Positions 32,975 to 41,240 of a stretch of DNA of 51,922 nucleotides are shown here, in pieces. The translations under genes were made by a program, and so were the position numbers. The notes under the pieces are model-generated. The model searched no databases, was not told the DNA's origin, and saw only the letters and a list, made by a program, of their open reading frames with translations. Positions within the stretch are counted from its first letter, which is position 1; every line of letters starts with the position of its first letter. The DNA is from Candidatus Kaiserbacteria bacterium RIFCSPHIGHO2_01_FULL_54_36 (GTDB lineage: Bacteria > Patescibacteriota > Minisyncoccia > Phycocordibacterales > UBA2100), in contig MFKV01000031.1 in the NCBI GenBank assembly GCA_001781105.1, positions 1-51,922 of the forward strand, in the 5' to 3' direction.

Positions 32975-34252
32975 ATGGATGTTTTGGTTGTTGGTAGTGG
33001 TGGGAGAGAGCACGCGCTCGCGTGGAAACTGAAGCAGTCTCCACGCATTGGCAAACTTTATATAGCGCCAGGAAATGGGGGGACGAGCACCCTTGGAGAA
33101 AATGTACCAATCGGCCAAATGGAGTTTGAGAAACTCGCTCAGTTCGCGCAAGAAAAGAAGGTCGGCCTTACTGTCGTTGGCCCCGATGATCCGCTGGTTG
33201 GCGGTATCGTTGACGTATTCAAAGCCCGTGGACTCCGCATCTGGGGGCCGAGCCGTGAGGCGGCACAGATCGAAGGCTCGAAAGCATTTTCAAAGCAATT
33301 CATGCACGAAGCAAAGATCCCGACAGCGGAATTTGCGGTGTTCTCGAACGCTGCGCTAGCACTCGCGCATGTGCGCGTGAAAGGAGCGCCTATCGTGATA
33401 AAGGCGAGCGGATTGTCGCTAGGAAAAGGCGTCTATGTCTGCAGAGATCTTACTGAGGCTGAACGAGCGATCACGGAAATAATGGTGGAGCGCGTGCACA
33501 ACGATGCGGGAAATGAAGTCGTTATCGAAGAATATCTTGACGGGCCTGAAATATCTATCCATGCGCTAACCGACGGCTACTCTCATATACTTTTTCCCGC
33601 TTCCCAGGACCACAAGCCAATTGGCGACGGAGATGTTGGAGAAAATACCGGCGGTATGGGGACGATCGCGCCGGTGCCGTGGGTAACGCCCGAGATGATG
33701 TCGAGCGTGGAAGGGCAGATCGTTACGCCGACGTTTGAAGCCCTCAAGAAAAATGGCATTCAATTCCAGGGCCTGCTCTATCCCGGGCTCAAGGTAACGC
33801 TCGGCGGCTTGGAAGTTCTTGAATACAACGCACGCTTTGGCGATCCGGAGACGCAGGTGTACATGCGTCTTCTGAAGACGGATCTTCTTGATCTTCTCGA
33901 AGCGTCTGTGGACGGAACTATCGATGCCCTGCGCACGAAGATCGAGTGGCATCGTGGTTTTGCAGCCAATATCGTCATCGCCTCCGGTGGCTACCCGGGC
34001 GAGTATAAAAAAGAATTGCCAATCACTGGTATCGAGGATGCAGAAAAGGTGGAAGGCGTCGTGACATTTCACGCGGGAACGAAGATAGAAAATGGGCAAG
34101 TAGTAACCGCCGGCGGCCGCGTGCTGGGAGTCTCGGCAATCGGCGGCACGCTCAAACAAGCGCTCGATCGCGCATACGAAGCCGTAGGCGAGATCTATTT
34201 CGAGGGTATGTACTTCCGCCGCGACATCGGCGCGAAGTCTCTTTCCGCCTGA
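32975..34252 (+). CDS. purD: phosphoribosylamine--glycine ligase
   Basis: 'MDVLVVGSGGREHALAWKL', 'GPDDPLVGGIVD' and 'LEYNARFGDPETQ' are PurD-like. ATG 32975 lies 7 nt after an extended -10 box. Confidence 0.95.
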   Translation: MDVLVVGSGGREHALAWKLKQSPRIGKLYIAPGNGGTSTLGENVPIGQMEFEKLAQFAQEKKVGLTVVGPDDPLVGGIVDVFKARGLRIWGPSREAAQIEGSKAFSKQFMHEAKIPTAEFAVFSNAALALAHVRVKGAPIVIKASGLSLGKGVYVCRDLTEAERAITEIMVERVHNDAGNEVVIEEYLDGPEISIHALTDGYSHILFPASQDHKPIGDGDVGENTGGMGTIAPVPWVTPEMMSSVEGQIVTPTFEALKKNGIQFQGLLYPGLKVTLGGLEVLEYNARFGDPETQVYMRLLKTDLLDLLEASVDGTIDALRTKIEWHRGFAANIVIASGGYPGEYKKELPITGIEDAEKVEGVVTFHAGTKIENGQVVTAGGRVLGVSAIGGTLKQALDRAYEAVGEIYFEGMYFRRDIGAKSLSA

Positions 34253-34295
34253 CAACGTAGGGAGGAGAGCTCTTTTGTGGGCTATAATTACGTTC

Positions 34296-37133
34296 ATGCC
34301 TCCATCCATGGCGAAGGAGCGTTTACCCCACGCATCCGCGGAAAAATTCAAATCTCCGCAGGAGGAATTGGCCTATTTGCGTGAGCGTGTTGCTGAGAAA
34401 GAGGCCGAAATGGAAGCGCCCGGTAACCAGTTCGAAAAAGACCGTATCGCCAAGCGCGAAATTGCTACGTATGCCGATACGCCGGCAGCGACCGTTCTCC
34501 ACGAGACTACTATTATGGCGGAGCACGATATTGTGCGAACCGTATTGAAGCTCGAACCGGAAACCCATGACAGGCAGGTTGATGAGATACTGCGGCTCGT
34601 TCAGCAAAGTGGCATCCGCAACGCGCTCTCCGTCGCCGCGCGGATGAAAAATCCACATCTTGAGGACGACATTCATCGAGCGCTGATACGCTACATCGCA
34701 GAAGGATTGCCTGATCATGGAATGGCGCCGCCCGAGCGAGTGCGCCGCGCGCTCAATATGGTTCTCTTCGAAATACACCCACAGGCGCATGGGGAAGGCG
34801 ATAAACAAGATAACCAGCAGCACAAACTGGAGCAGTTGCTCTCTTCCTCCGAGCAGCTGTACGCCGGTCTCACGTCGCTCATCGATTCCCACGAAGGATT
34901 CTCGCTTGAGATCGCCGTTTCCGAAGGCAGCGAAGAAGCATTTCTCTACCTTGGTGTTCCGCGAGCAAAGAAAGTCTTAGCCGAGCGCCTTATCTCATCG
35001 GTTTTTCCGAACGCCCGCATGTCGGAGGCGCGTGGCGATTACAACATCTTTAATTACGAGGGGCATCATGCGGCAGCCTACGCCACTCTTGCCGATCACC
35101 CGTCGCTTCCCATCAAGACCCCCGACCTTTTTGAACACGACCCGATGAATATCCTCCTTGCCTCATTCGCTAAGCTCGCCAAGCACGGCGAGGGAGCGGC
35201 ACTACAGTTAACGATTTCAACTGAGGGTGATCGCTACAACCACCACTACAAAAAGATCCTTCGAGAGCTTGAGAAGGGAAAGCATTTCCGTAAGGCGATC
35301 AAGGTACCCGAGACTGAGATAGGCGAGGCATTCTATACGATGGCCAAGCAAATATTCTCTCCTAAGGAGTACGAAATGGAAGTCGAAAAGCAATTTAGGC
35401 GCAGTTCCGACCAGGTCATGACGGAAGAGATCACGAAGAAGGTAAAAAGTCGTATTACTCCCGTTTCGATCAGGCTTGTGACCTCGGCGCCGACGAAAGC
35501 GCGCGCGGATGAGCTCATTAGCAACTTGGAGGCGCCTTTCAAGCAATATGACGATGCAAAGGGCAACCATTTTGTGTTCAAGAAAGTCGGGAGCTGGGGG
35601 CTCACAGAGTTTTTGCGCAGCTTCACGTATCGAGAATTCGATCATGGTATCGCGCTCCCGCTTTCGCTCGCCGAAGTGAGTAGTATTTTCCACTTCACCG
35701 CCGAACGGCTCACGACTTCGCGCGAGTTGAAGCGCAGCTTCGCCAAGCAAGCGCCAGCCCCCGTCGAGACTCCGACGGACGGCATCACTATCGGCATCAA
35801 CAAGTACGGGGCAGATGAGACACCGGTGCGCTTTGGTGCAGCAGATCGCTTGCGGCACGCCTACGTCATTGGGCAAACCGGCACCGGAAAGACAGGCTTT
35901 TTGAAGAACATGATCATCCAGGATATTCATGCGGGCGAGGGCATTGCGTTCATCGACCCGCACGGCAACGACATCGAGGATATTCTCGCGGCTATTCCCA
36001 AGGAGCGCATGCAAGACGTTATTTACTTCGATCCGGCACATACGGCGCGGCCGATGGGGCTCAACATGCTCGAATATGACCGCACGAAGCCTGAGATGAA
36101 AACATTCGTCGTAGATGAGGTGTATGGCATCTTCCGCAAGCTCTATGCCGATGTGCCTGAAGCATTTGGCCCGATGTTCGAGCAGTACTACCGCAATGCC
36201 GTCCAGCTCGTGGTGGAAGATCCCGATACCGGCTCGACCTTCGTCGAGATCCCGCGCGTATTTGCCGACACCGCGTTCCGCAATCTCAAGCTCAGCCACT
36301 GCCAAAACCCGATCATCGTGCAGTTCTGGCGCAAGATCGCCGAGCAGGCGCAGGGCGATCCCAGCCTCGAGAACGTGGCGCCCTACATCACGAGCAAATT
36401 CGACGTCTTCTTGACCAACGACATCATGCGCCCGATCGTCTCGCAGGAAAAATCAGCCTTCAATTTCCGCGAGATCATGGATAGCAAGAAGATCTTCCTC
36501 GCCAATCTCTCCAAGGGCCGCCTTGGCGATCGCAATACATCACTCCTCGGGCTTATCCTTGTCTCCAAATTCCTGCAGGCCGCATTCTCGCGCGTGGATA
36601 CGCGCGGTGATCTCCCGGTCTTCTACATGTACATCGACGAGTTCCAAAATTTCGCCACACCCTCGATCGCAACCATCCTTTCCGAGGCGCGCAAATACAA
36701 GCTCTCGCTCACGATCGCACACCAATTCATTGCACAGCTCGAAGAGGACATCCGTGATGCCGTTATCGGCAACGTCGGCACCAAAGCGGCCTTCCGGATC
36801 GGCACGCAAGATGCAGAATTCTTGGAAAAACAATTCACGCCCATTTTCACGCAGCAAGATCTTGAAAATTTACCCAACAGGAATGCCGTTTTAGCGCTTC
36901 TGGTCAATGGCGTCCCTGCGCGTCCCTTCACGATACAAACGCAAGAGCTACCGAAATTCGATTACTCAGGCGTAGACGCGCTCAAGGAGCTTTCGTACCG
37001 CACCTACGGAAAGGATAGGGAAGAGGTGGAAGCAGAAACCCGCCGCAAATTTGACGCGGCGTATGGCAAAAAGCCCGCCCAGCCAGCCGCACCCGGATTC
37101 GATCTTCCCGACCCCGCATCTTTGTATCAGTAA
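34296..37133 (+). CDS. soluble TraD/VirD4 (type IV coupling protein)-like P-loop ATPase with large unknown N-domain
   Basis: Walker A 'VIGQTGTGKTGF', 'IAFIDPHGNDIEDIL', Walker B 'FYMYIDEFQNF' and 'EARKYKLSLTIAHQFIAQL'. No TM segment is seen. ATG 34296 lies 7 nt after TATAAT. Confidence 0.65.
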   Translation: MPPSMAKERLPHASAEKFKSPQEELAYLRERVAEKEAEMEAPGNQFEKDRIAKREIATYADTPAATVLHETTIMAEHDIVRTVLKLEPETHDRQVDEILRLVQQSGIRNALSVAARMKNPHLEDDIHRALIRYIAEGLPDHGMAPPERVRRALNMVLFEIHPQAHGEGDKQDNQQHKLEQLLSSSEQLYAGLTSLIDSHEGFSLEIAVSEGSEEAFLYLGVPRAKKVLAERLISSVFPNARMSEARGDYNIFNYEGHHAAAYATLADHPSLPIKTPDLFEHDPMNILLASFAKLAKHGEGAALQLTISTEGDRYNHHYKKILRELEKGKHFRKAIKVPETEIGEAFYTMAKQIFSPKEYEMEVEKQFRRSSDQVMTEEITKKVKSRITPVSIRLVTSAPTKARADELISNLEAPFKQYDDAKGNHFVFKKVGSWGLTEFLRSFTYREFDHGIALPLSLAEVSSIFHFTAERLTTSRELKRSFAKQAPAPVETPTDGITIGINKYGADETPVRFGAADRLRHAYVIGQTGTGKTGFLKNMIIQDIHAGEGIAFIDPHGNDIEDILAAIPKERMQDVIYFDPAHTARPMGLNMLEYDRTKPEMKTFVVDEVYGIFRKLYADVPEAFGPMFEQYYRNAVQLVVEDPDTGSTFVEIPRVFADTAFRNLKLSHCQNPIIVQFWRKIAEQAQGDPSLENVAPYITSKFDVFLTNDIMRPIVSQEKSAFNFREIMDSKKIFLANLSKGRLGDRNTSLLGLILVSKFLQAAFSRVDTRGDLPVFYMYIDEFQNFATPSIATILSEARKYKLSLTIAHQFIAQLEEDIRDAVIGNVGTKAAFRIGTQDAEFLEKQFTPIFTQQDLENLPNRNAVLALLVNGVPARPFTIQTQELPKFDYSGVDALKELSYRTYGKDREEVEAETRRKFDAAYGKKPAQPAAPGFDLPDPASLYQ

Positions 37134-37138
37134 TCCTT

Positions 37139-37750
37139 ATGCGGGAAATCGGTCGGCCGGAGATTGTTGCCAGTAGAGACGACTCCCTTGGAAGAGAGGA
37201 AAAAGAAAAGTCTGACCAGCAGTTGGTTCTAAGAATCAAATCAGTCAGATCGATTCGTGAGTATTTGGAGTGTATCAAAGAAATTCAAGAAAAAGGTGTA
37301 CCGAAAGACTGGGAAATCATAGATGATGCGATTAAAGGCCTTTACGAGATAGCAGCGAAATTAAATAGTGAGTCTCACGTGACGACCGGTGAGAATCATG
37401 CGGCGTGGCATAGTCTTGCTAACGTCACAAGCGACCAACAAGAATTGATAAATCAAACCTTCCGGAAGTTATGGCGTGCTCGAGAAGAACTGGTCATGCG
37501 AAATCCAGAAGATATGCACAGGGTCGACGCATTAATTGAACGTGCGGGAATAAAATCCGGTGATCTTATCAATGTTGCAGTTAGAACGGGAAGTGAAATT
37601 GAGTGGGATAATGAGGGCATCGTTTTTATCATGGTTCGGAACGGTCGACTCTTGTACGCTCGTGACCCCAGCAATTACAGTCCTGTCGGGTACGGTGAGG
37701 CAGGCATTGAATGCTCCATAATTGGCGATGTAAGAAAAGTACAAAGTTAA
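37139..37750 (+). CDS. hypothetical protein
   Basis: 203-aa ORF starting 5 nt after the ATPase stop. The region looks A/T-rich by eye. No motifs recognised. Confidence 0.45.
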   Translation: MREIGRPEIVASRDDSLGREEKEKSDQQLVLRIKSVRSIREYLECIKEIQEKGVPKDWEIIDDAIKGLYEIAAKLNSESHVTTGENHAAWHSLANVTSDQQELINQTFRKLWRAREELVMRNPEDMHRVDALIERAGIKSGDLINVAVRTGSEIEWDNEGIVFIMVRNGRLLYARDPSNYSPVGYGEAGIECSIIGDVRKVQS

Positions 37751-37818
37751 AATAGAAACTGCAGAGGCCTAACTCCTGACAAGGTTGAGCTTTTGGCAGA
37801 GGTGGTATAATGGCGCGC

Positions 37819-38247
37819 ATGGCAAAAAAGAGGGGCAAGATTGGCGTGACGAACGAGAAGATCATGGAGATCTTGTCTGGCATGAAAGAGAAAGTCGACA
37901 ACACCGATTCTTTGATGGAAATACAAAGCAGGCATTCGGGACGGCTTGAAAAAGAAATGTCGAGCATAGGGAGCAGAGTCAAGAGGTTTGAGACTGTAGT
38001 TGAAAAGAGCATGTCAGCGCTCGAGGAACGTATGAATGAAATCGAAGGTGCAATCAAGACCGTCGTCGAATGGGGGGCAATGAAGTCCGATTTGCAAGAT
38101 TTTGCGACACGAAATGATATCGAACGAATGAAAGGAGAGATTATTGAACCGATTATTAAAGCCGTAGACAAAGACGCGGAAACGGTTATAAATCATGGGC
38201 GGCGCATTACTGTTCTCGAGCGGAGGGCAGGAATTGCTGCGAAATGA
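37819..38247 (+). CDS. coiled-coil hypothetical protein
   Basis: 142 aa from ATG 37819, 7 nt after TGgTATAAT. Heptad-rich sequence. The stop overlaps the ndk start region. Confidence 0.45.
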   Translation: MAKKRGKIGVTNEKIMEILSGMKEKVDNTDSLMEIQSRHSGRLEKEMSSIGSRVKRFETVVEKSMSALEERMNEIEGAIKTVVEWGAMKSDLQDFATRNDIERMKGEIIEPIIKAVDKDAETVINHGRRITVLERRAGIAAK

Positions 38248-38248
38248 T

Positions 38249-38767
38249 ATGAATCATCCAAAAGAAGAGCGGACACTCGTCGTTTTGAAGCCTGATGCGA
38301 TCCAGCGGGGGATCATAGGAGAAATTCTCTCTCGTTTTGAACGCGTGGGACTCAAGATCATAGGGGCGAAGATGATGCAGCCATCGCAAGAGCATTACCA
38401 TCATCATTACGAGAATATCGGCAAGATGATCTCGCGCCGCGGACAAAAAGCATTCGACGTTACGCTCGGTCTTATGACCTCTGGCCCGGTGATCGCTTTT
38501 GTGCTCGAAGGGATAGAAGCAGCATCCCTTGTGCGCAAAATGGCGGGAACGACAGAGCCAAAATCAGCGCAACCAGGCACCATCCGGGGAGACTATGCAC
38601 ACATGAGTTTTGCCCACGCCGACGCTCACGATGTGGGCGTCCCCAACATCATCCATGCATCGGGTGATGCTGAGGAAGCAAAAGCCGAGATCGCGCACTG
38701 GTTTTCCGAATCGGAGCTTTTTGAGTATGAGACGGTACATGAGCGCTTCACGCAGACAAGGAAATAA
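38249..38767 (+). CDS. ndk: nucleoside-diphosphate kinase
   Basis: 'ERTLVVLKPDAIQRGIIGEILSRFERVGLKIIGAKMM', 'GTIRGDY' and 'NIIHASGDAEEAKAEI' are NDK-like, including the active-site His. Confidence 0.9.
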   Translation: MNHPKEERTLVVLKPDAIQRGIIGEILSRFERVGLKIIGAKMMQPSQEHYHHHYENIGKMISRRGQKAFDVTLGLMTSGPVIAFVLEGIEAASLVRKMAGTTEPKSAQPGTIRGDYAHMSFAHADAHDVGVPNIIHASGDAEEAKAEIAHWFSESELFEYETVHERFTQTRK

Positions 38768-38819
38768 CCGGTAGTAGGGGACTTCATCATAGCTTCGATA
38801 AAGCTGGTATACTAGACAT

Positions 38820-38968
38820 TAGCGGCCGGTACTAAAACCTGCTGGTGCGATAAAGGGAGCTCGAATCGCTCAGTGCCTTGGCATTGATGCTGAGAGCACC
38901 CACCTGGCTCCAAGACCAGGCTTGCCGTACTGACCGCACCAAAAAGTCCGCCTTGAGGCGGATTTTTT
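38820..38968 (+). ncRNA. candidate stand-alone ~150-nt structured sRNA (class unknown)
   Basis: Own extended -10 box TGgTATACT at 38805-38813. A 5'/3' closing helix pairs 38822-38832 with 38926-38936. Internal helices GGUGC/GCACC, CUCAG/CUGAG, UGCC-UU-GGCA and CCUGG/CCAGG. Ends in an intrinsic terminator. No ORF. Confidence 0.5.
38941..38968 (+). terminator. intrinsic terminator of the sRNA candidate
   Basis: TCCGCC-ttga-GGCGGA followed by TTTTTT, with AAAAA upstream, so it may work in both directions. Confidence 0.75.
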
Positions 38969-38987
38969 GGTGCTAAACTAGGTATCA

Positions 38988-39671
38988 ATGGCCAAAAAAG
39001 TTCTCCATCCGAATCATACGGCGGTGCCGCTCAACTTTTGCCGCTTGCCCGATGGATATGGCGTCGTGAAGATCGGCGTTTCCGGTGCCGCCAACGCCGG
39101 CGCATGCGGTCTCGATGCGTATGAAAAGGCCAAAGAGCTCGGGCGTGAGATCGCCAAGCACGGCAGCATCATCACCACAGGCGCTACCACCGGCTTTCCC
39201 ATGTATGCGGCGATGGGGGCTAAAGATGAGTGCGGCTTCTCGATCGGATTTTCTCCGGCCGCGACTGAGCGCGAGCACGTCGAGACGTACAAGCTGCCAC
39301 TCGATTTTATGGATGTAGTCGTGTACACAGGCTTTGGCTATGCGGGGCGAGATCTCCTGTTCGTGCGCTCATCGGACGCAATGATCATCGGCTGCGGCCG
39401 CATCGGCACTTTGAACGAGTTTGCTGTCGCCTTTGAAGACCGTCGGCCTATCGGCATCCTTGAAGGCACCTGGGAGACCGACGAGATGCTACGGCAGATC
39501 ATAAAACAGGCCAATCGTCCCAACGAAAAGATCGTGTATGATTCCGACCCGAAAGCAATGGTTGAACGCCTGATCGAGATAGTACTCAAAGAGCGTGAGC
39601 ACCTCACACTAGTATACAACAACCACGACTCAAGGAGCGCAACCGGCAAAAATGTCGAGGTTATTTTCTAA
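38988..39671 (+). CDS. LOG/SLOG-superfamily (TIGR00725-like) Rossmann-fold protein
   Basis: 'IGVSGAA...ELGREIAKHGSIITTGATTGFPMYAAMGA' and 'SDAMIIGCGRIGTLNEFAVAF' fit the family. TGcTAAACT lies 8 nt before the ATG. Confidence 0.6.
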   Translation: MAKKVLHPNHTAVPLNFCRLPDGYGVVKIGVSGAANAGACGLDAYEKAKELGREIAKHGSIITTGATTGFPMYAAMGAKDECGFSIGFSPAATEREHVETYKLPLDFMDVVVYTGFGYAGRDLLFVRSSDAMIIGCGRIGTLNEFAVAFEDRRPIGILEGTWETDEMLRQIIKQANRPNEKIVYDSDPKAMVERLIEIVLKEREHLTLVYNNHDSRSATGKNVEVIF

Positions 39672-39676
39672 CCACC

Positions 39677-40024
39677 TTAGGCTTTCAACTGTTTGACCAG
39701 CCGTTCAAACGTCTCGGGGTAGTCCTTTGCAAGCGTAGAGAGAGATTTGCGGTCGATGGCAATGTTGCTTTTTTTGAGTGCGCCAATGAATTTCGAATAG
39801 GAAAATCCGAAATCTCGCACGGCCGCATTGATACGCAGCGTCCAGAGATTACGGAACTCGCGCTTTTTTGCGCGGCGGTCGCGGAAGGCATACGAGCCTG
39901 CATGGCGGATCGCCTCGTGGGCGACGCGCTCCTTGCTCTTTCGATCGAAACGATAGCCCTTGGTCTGCGCCAAAAGGTACCGGCGACGCTTGGTTTTCGA
40001 CACTCCTCGTTTGACTCTTGCCAT
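39677..40024 (-). CDS. rplT: 50S ribosomal protein L20
   Basis: 'MARVKRGVSKTKRRRYLLAQTKGYR' and 'RRAKKREFRNLWTLRINAA' are L20-like. Confidence 0.96.
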   Translation of the reverse strand: MARVKRGVSKTKRRRYLLAQTKGYRFDRKSKERVAHEAIRHAGSYAFRDRRAKKREFRNLWTLRINAAVRDFGFSYSKFIGALKKSNIAIDRKSLSTLAKDYPETFERLVKQLKA

Positions 40025-40054
40025 AAATGTTTATTTTTGACTCTTAAACTCCTC

Positions 40055-40098
40055 GCCTGCCCCGTAGCCAAATCCGCAGGATTTGTGGTACTGGGGTT
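40055..40098 (-). repeat. conserved hairpin element upstream of rplT (CCCCAGUACC-[AAAUCC-UGCG-GGAUUU]-GGCUACGGGGCAGGC)
   Basis: It shares its flanks with 40382-40423. The inner 6-bp helix has a different sequence but is still paired. Confidence 0.7.
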
Positions 40099-40176
40099 TA
40101 ACGCGCGACATACATTAGATTTTGTTATGAGCAAAGCGAATTAGAAAATCTTAGATCCTGAGTACTCGAAGGAACG

Positions 40177-40365
40177 CTAGTTGGGAAGAAAACGGCTCTT
40201 TGCGGTAGCGTCGAGCGCTGCATGAAAATCAGTGGCGCGCTTACGGCGCATCCGGCCGCCGCCGCTTTCTTTGGCGTTGAAATGGTTGTGGCCTGGCACC
40301 CGTGCAACGATCTTGCCGTTCTTGGTGACGCGCAAACGCTTACTATAGGATTTGTTTGTTTTCAT
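40177..40365 (-). CDS. rpmI: 50S ribosomal protein L35
   Basis: 62 aa. 'MKTNKSYSKRLRVTKNGKIVARVPGHNHF' is L35-like. Confidence 0.93.
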   Translation of the reverse strand: MKTNKSYSKRLRVTKNGKIVARVPGHNHFNAKESGGGRMRRKRATDFHAALDATAKSRFLPN

Positions 40366-40381
40366 GGTTTGAGTTTGACTT

Positions 40382-40423
40382 GCCTGCCCCGTAGCCAGCG
40401 CGAAGCGCTGCGGTACCGGGGTT
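40382..40423 (-). repeat. conserved hairpin element upstream of rpmI (CCCCGGUACC-[CAGCGC-UUCG-GCGCUG]-GCUACGGGGCAGGC)
   Basis: Second copy of the element at 40055-40098. Confidence 0.7.
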
Positions 40424-40433
40424 GCTTTTCATT

Positions 40434-40454
40434 GAAAAACCGCTCTTCAGCGGT
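40434..40454 (-). terminator. terminator-like hairpin ACCGCT-gaag-AGCGGT + UUUUU in the infC-rpmI spacer
   Basis: Read in minus sense. It could end infC transcripts or act as an attenuator. Confidence 0.4.
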
Positions 40455-40460
40455 CGCGCC

Positions 40461-40489
40461 ATTATGCCCGATAAAGGGGGGGAATGCAA
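40461..40489 (-). promoter_or_regulatory. sigma70-type promoter TTGCAT-17 nt-CATAAT facing rpmI-rplT
   Basis: The -35 box is at 40484-40489 and the -10 box at 40461-40466, both on the minus strand. Confidence 0.45.
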
Positions 40490-40590
40490 GACTCTTCTCG
40501 CCCCAGCTTTTTGGCGTCGCTATCTGCCGCTGTTGCGGCAGCGCTGCCTCTCGCGCCGTCGCGCTGCGAGACACGCCAAAAAGCTGCGCC

Positions 40591-41199
40591 TCAAAGAGTC
40601 TCTGGGGGAGGGGCTGAGGTAAGAATCTTTTTCTCTTTAGGAACGGAAATTTTCTTCGACGGATCGCGCTCAATAGAGACCGAGAGCCCCTTTGGGCCTT
40701 TTTGGATCGCTTCTGCGATCTTAAATCCTTCCGGAATGACCGAAAGGAAACGCTCAAGCCGCTCCTTCAGGAATTCAAATTCCATATATTTGTATCGGCC
40801 CCACAAGAAGAGATCGACGCGCACGCGATGGCCTTCCTTGAGCCACGCCGCAGCTTTGCCCGCCTTGATCTGCATGTCGCGCTCGGAAGTGCCGATCTTA
40901 ACCTGCGTTACCTTCGTCTCGGTGACGTGCGCCTTCGACTTCACTTCTTTATCTTTCTTCTTCTGCTCGTATTTGAATTTGCCATAGTCCGTTATTTTGC
41001 AGACCGGCGGCTGCGCATTAGGAGATATTTCTATGAGGTCGAGCCCCAGCTCCTGTGCTTTCGCGAGTGCCTCGCGGATCGGAAGGATCCCGAAATTCTC
41101 GCCCTCGGGGCCAAGCGCGCGCACCTCCGGTGCGCGGATGCCTTCATTCATTCGGGCGCGCTCCTTTTCCGCTTGCGACGTGTATTTAGTGAATCCCAT
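40591..41199 (-). CDS. infC: translation initiation factor IF-3
   Basis: 'MNEGIRAPEVRALGPEGENFGILPIREALAKAQELGLDLIEISPNAQPPVCKITDYGKFKYE' aligns with IF-3. TGgTATAGT lies 11 nt upstream of ATG 41199. Confidence 0.93.
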   Translation of the reverse strand: MGFTKYTSQAEKERARMNEGIRAPEVRALGPEGENFGILPIREALAKAQELGLDLIEISPNAQPPVCKITDYGKFKYEQKKKDKEVKSKAHVTETKVTQVKIGTSERDMQIKAGKAAAWLKEGHRVRVDLFLWGRYKYMEFEFLKERLERFLSVIPEGFKIAEAIQKGPKGLSVSIERDPSKKISVPKEKKILTSAPPPETL

Positions 41200-41240
41200 T
41201 TGTCGCCGCCACTATACCATGGGCTAAGGGAAGGCGCACG

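Noticed and set aside
38846-38925. A TPP riboswitch. GGUGC...GCUGAGAGCACCC-ACCUGG resembles the pyrimidine-sensor arm (CUGAGA...ACCC...ACCUG).
   Set aside because: The pyrophosphate-sensor features (..GAUC..GCG.AGGGA) are absent. The downstream gene is not thiamine-related and has its own -10 box after the terminator. The similarity may be coincidental and needs an Rfam scan.
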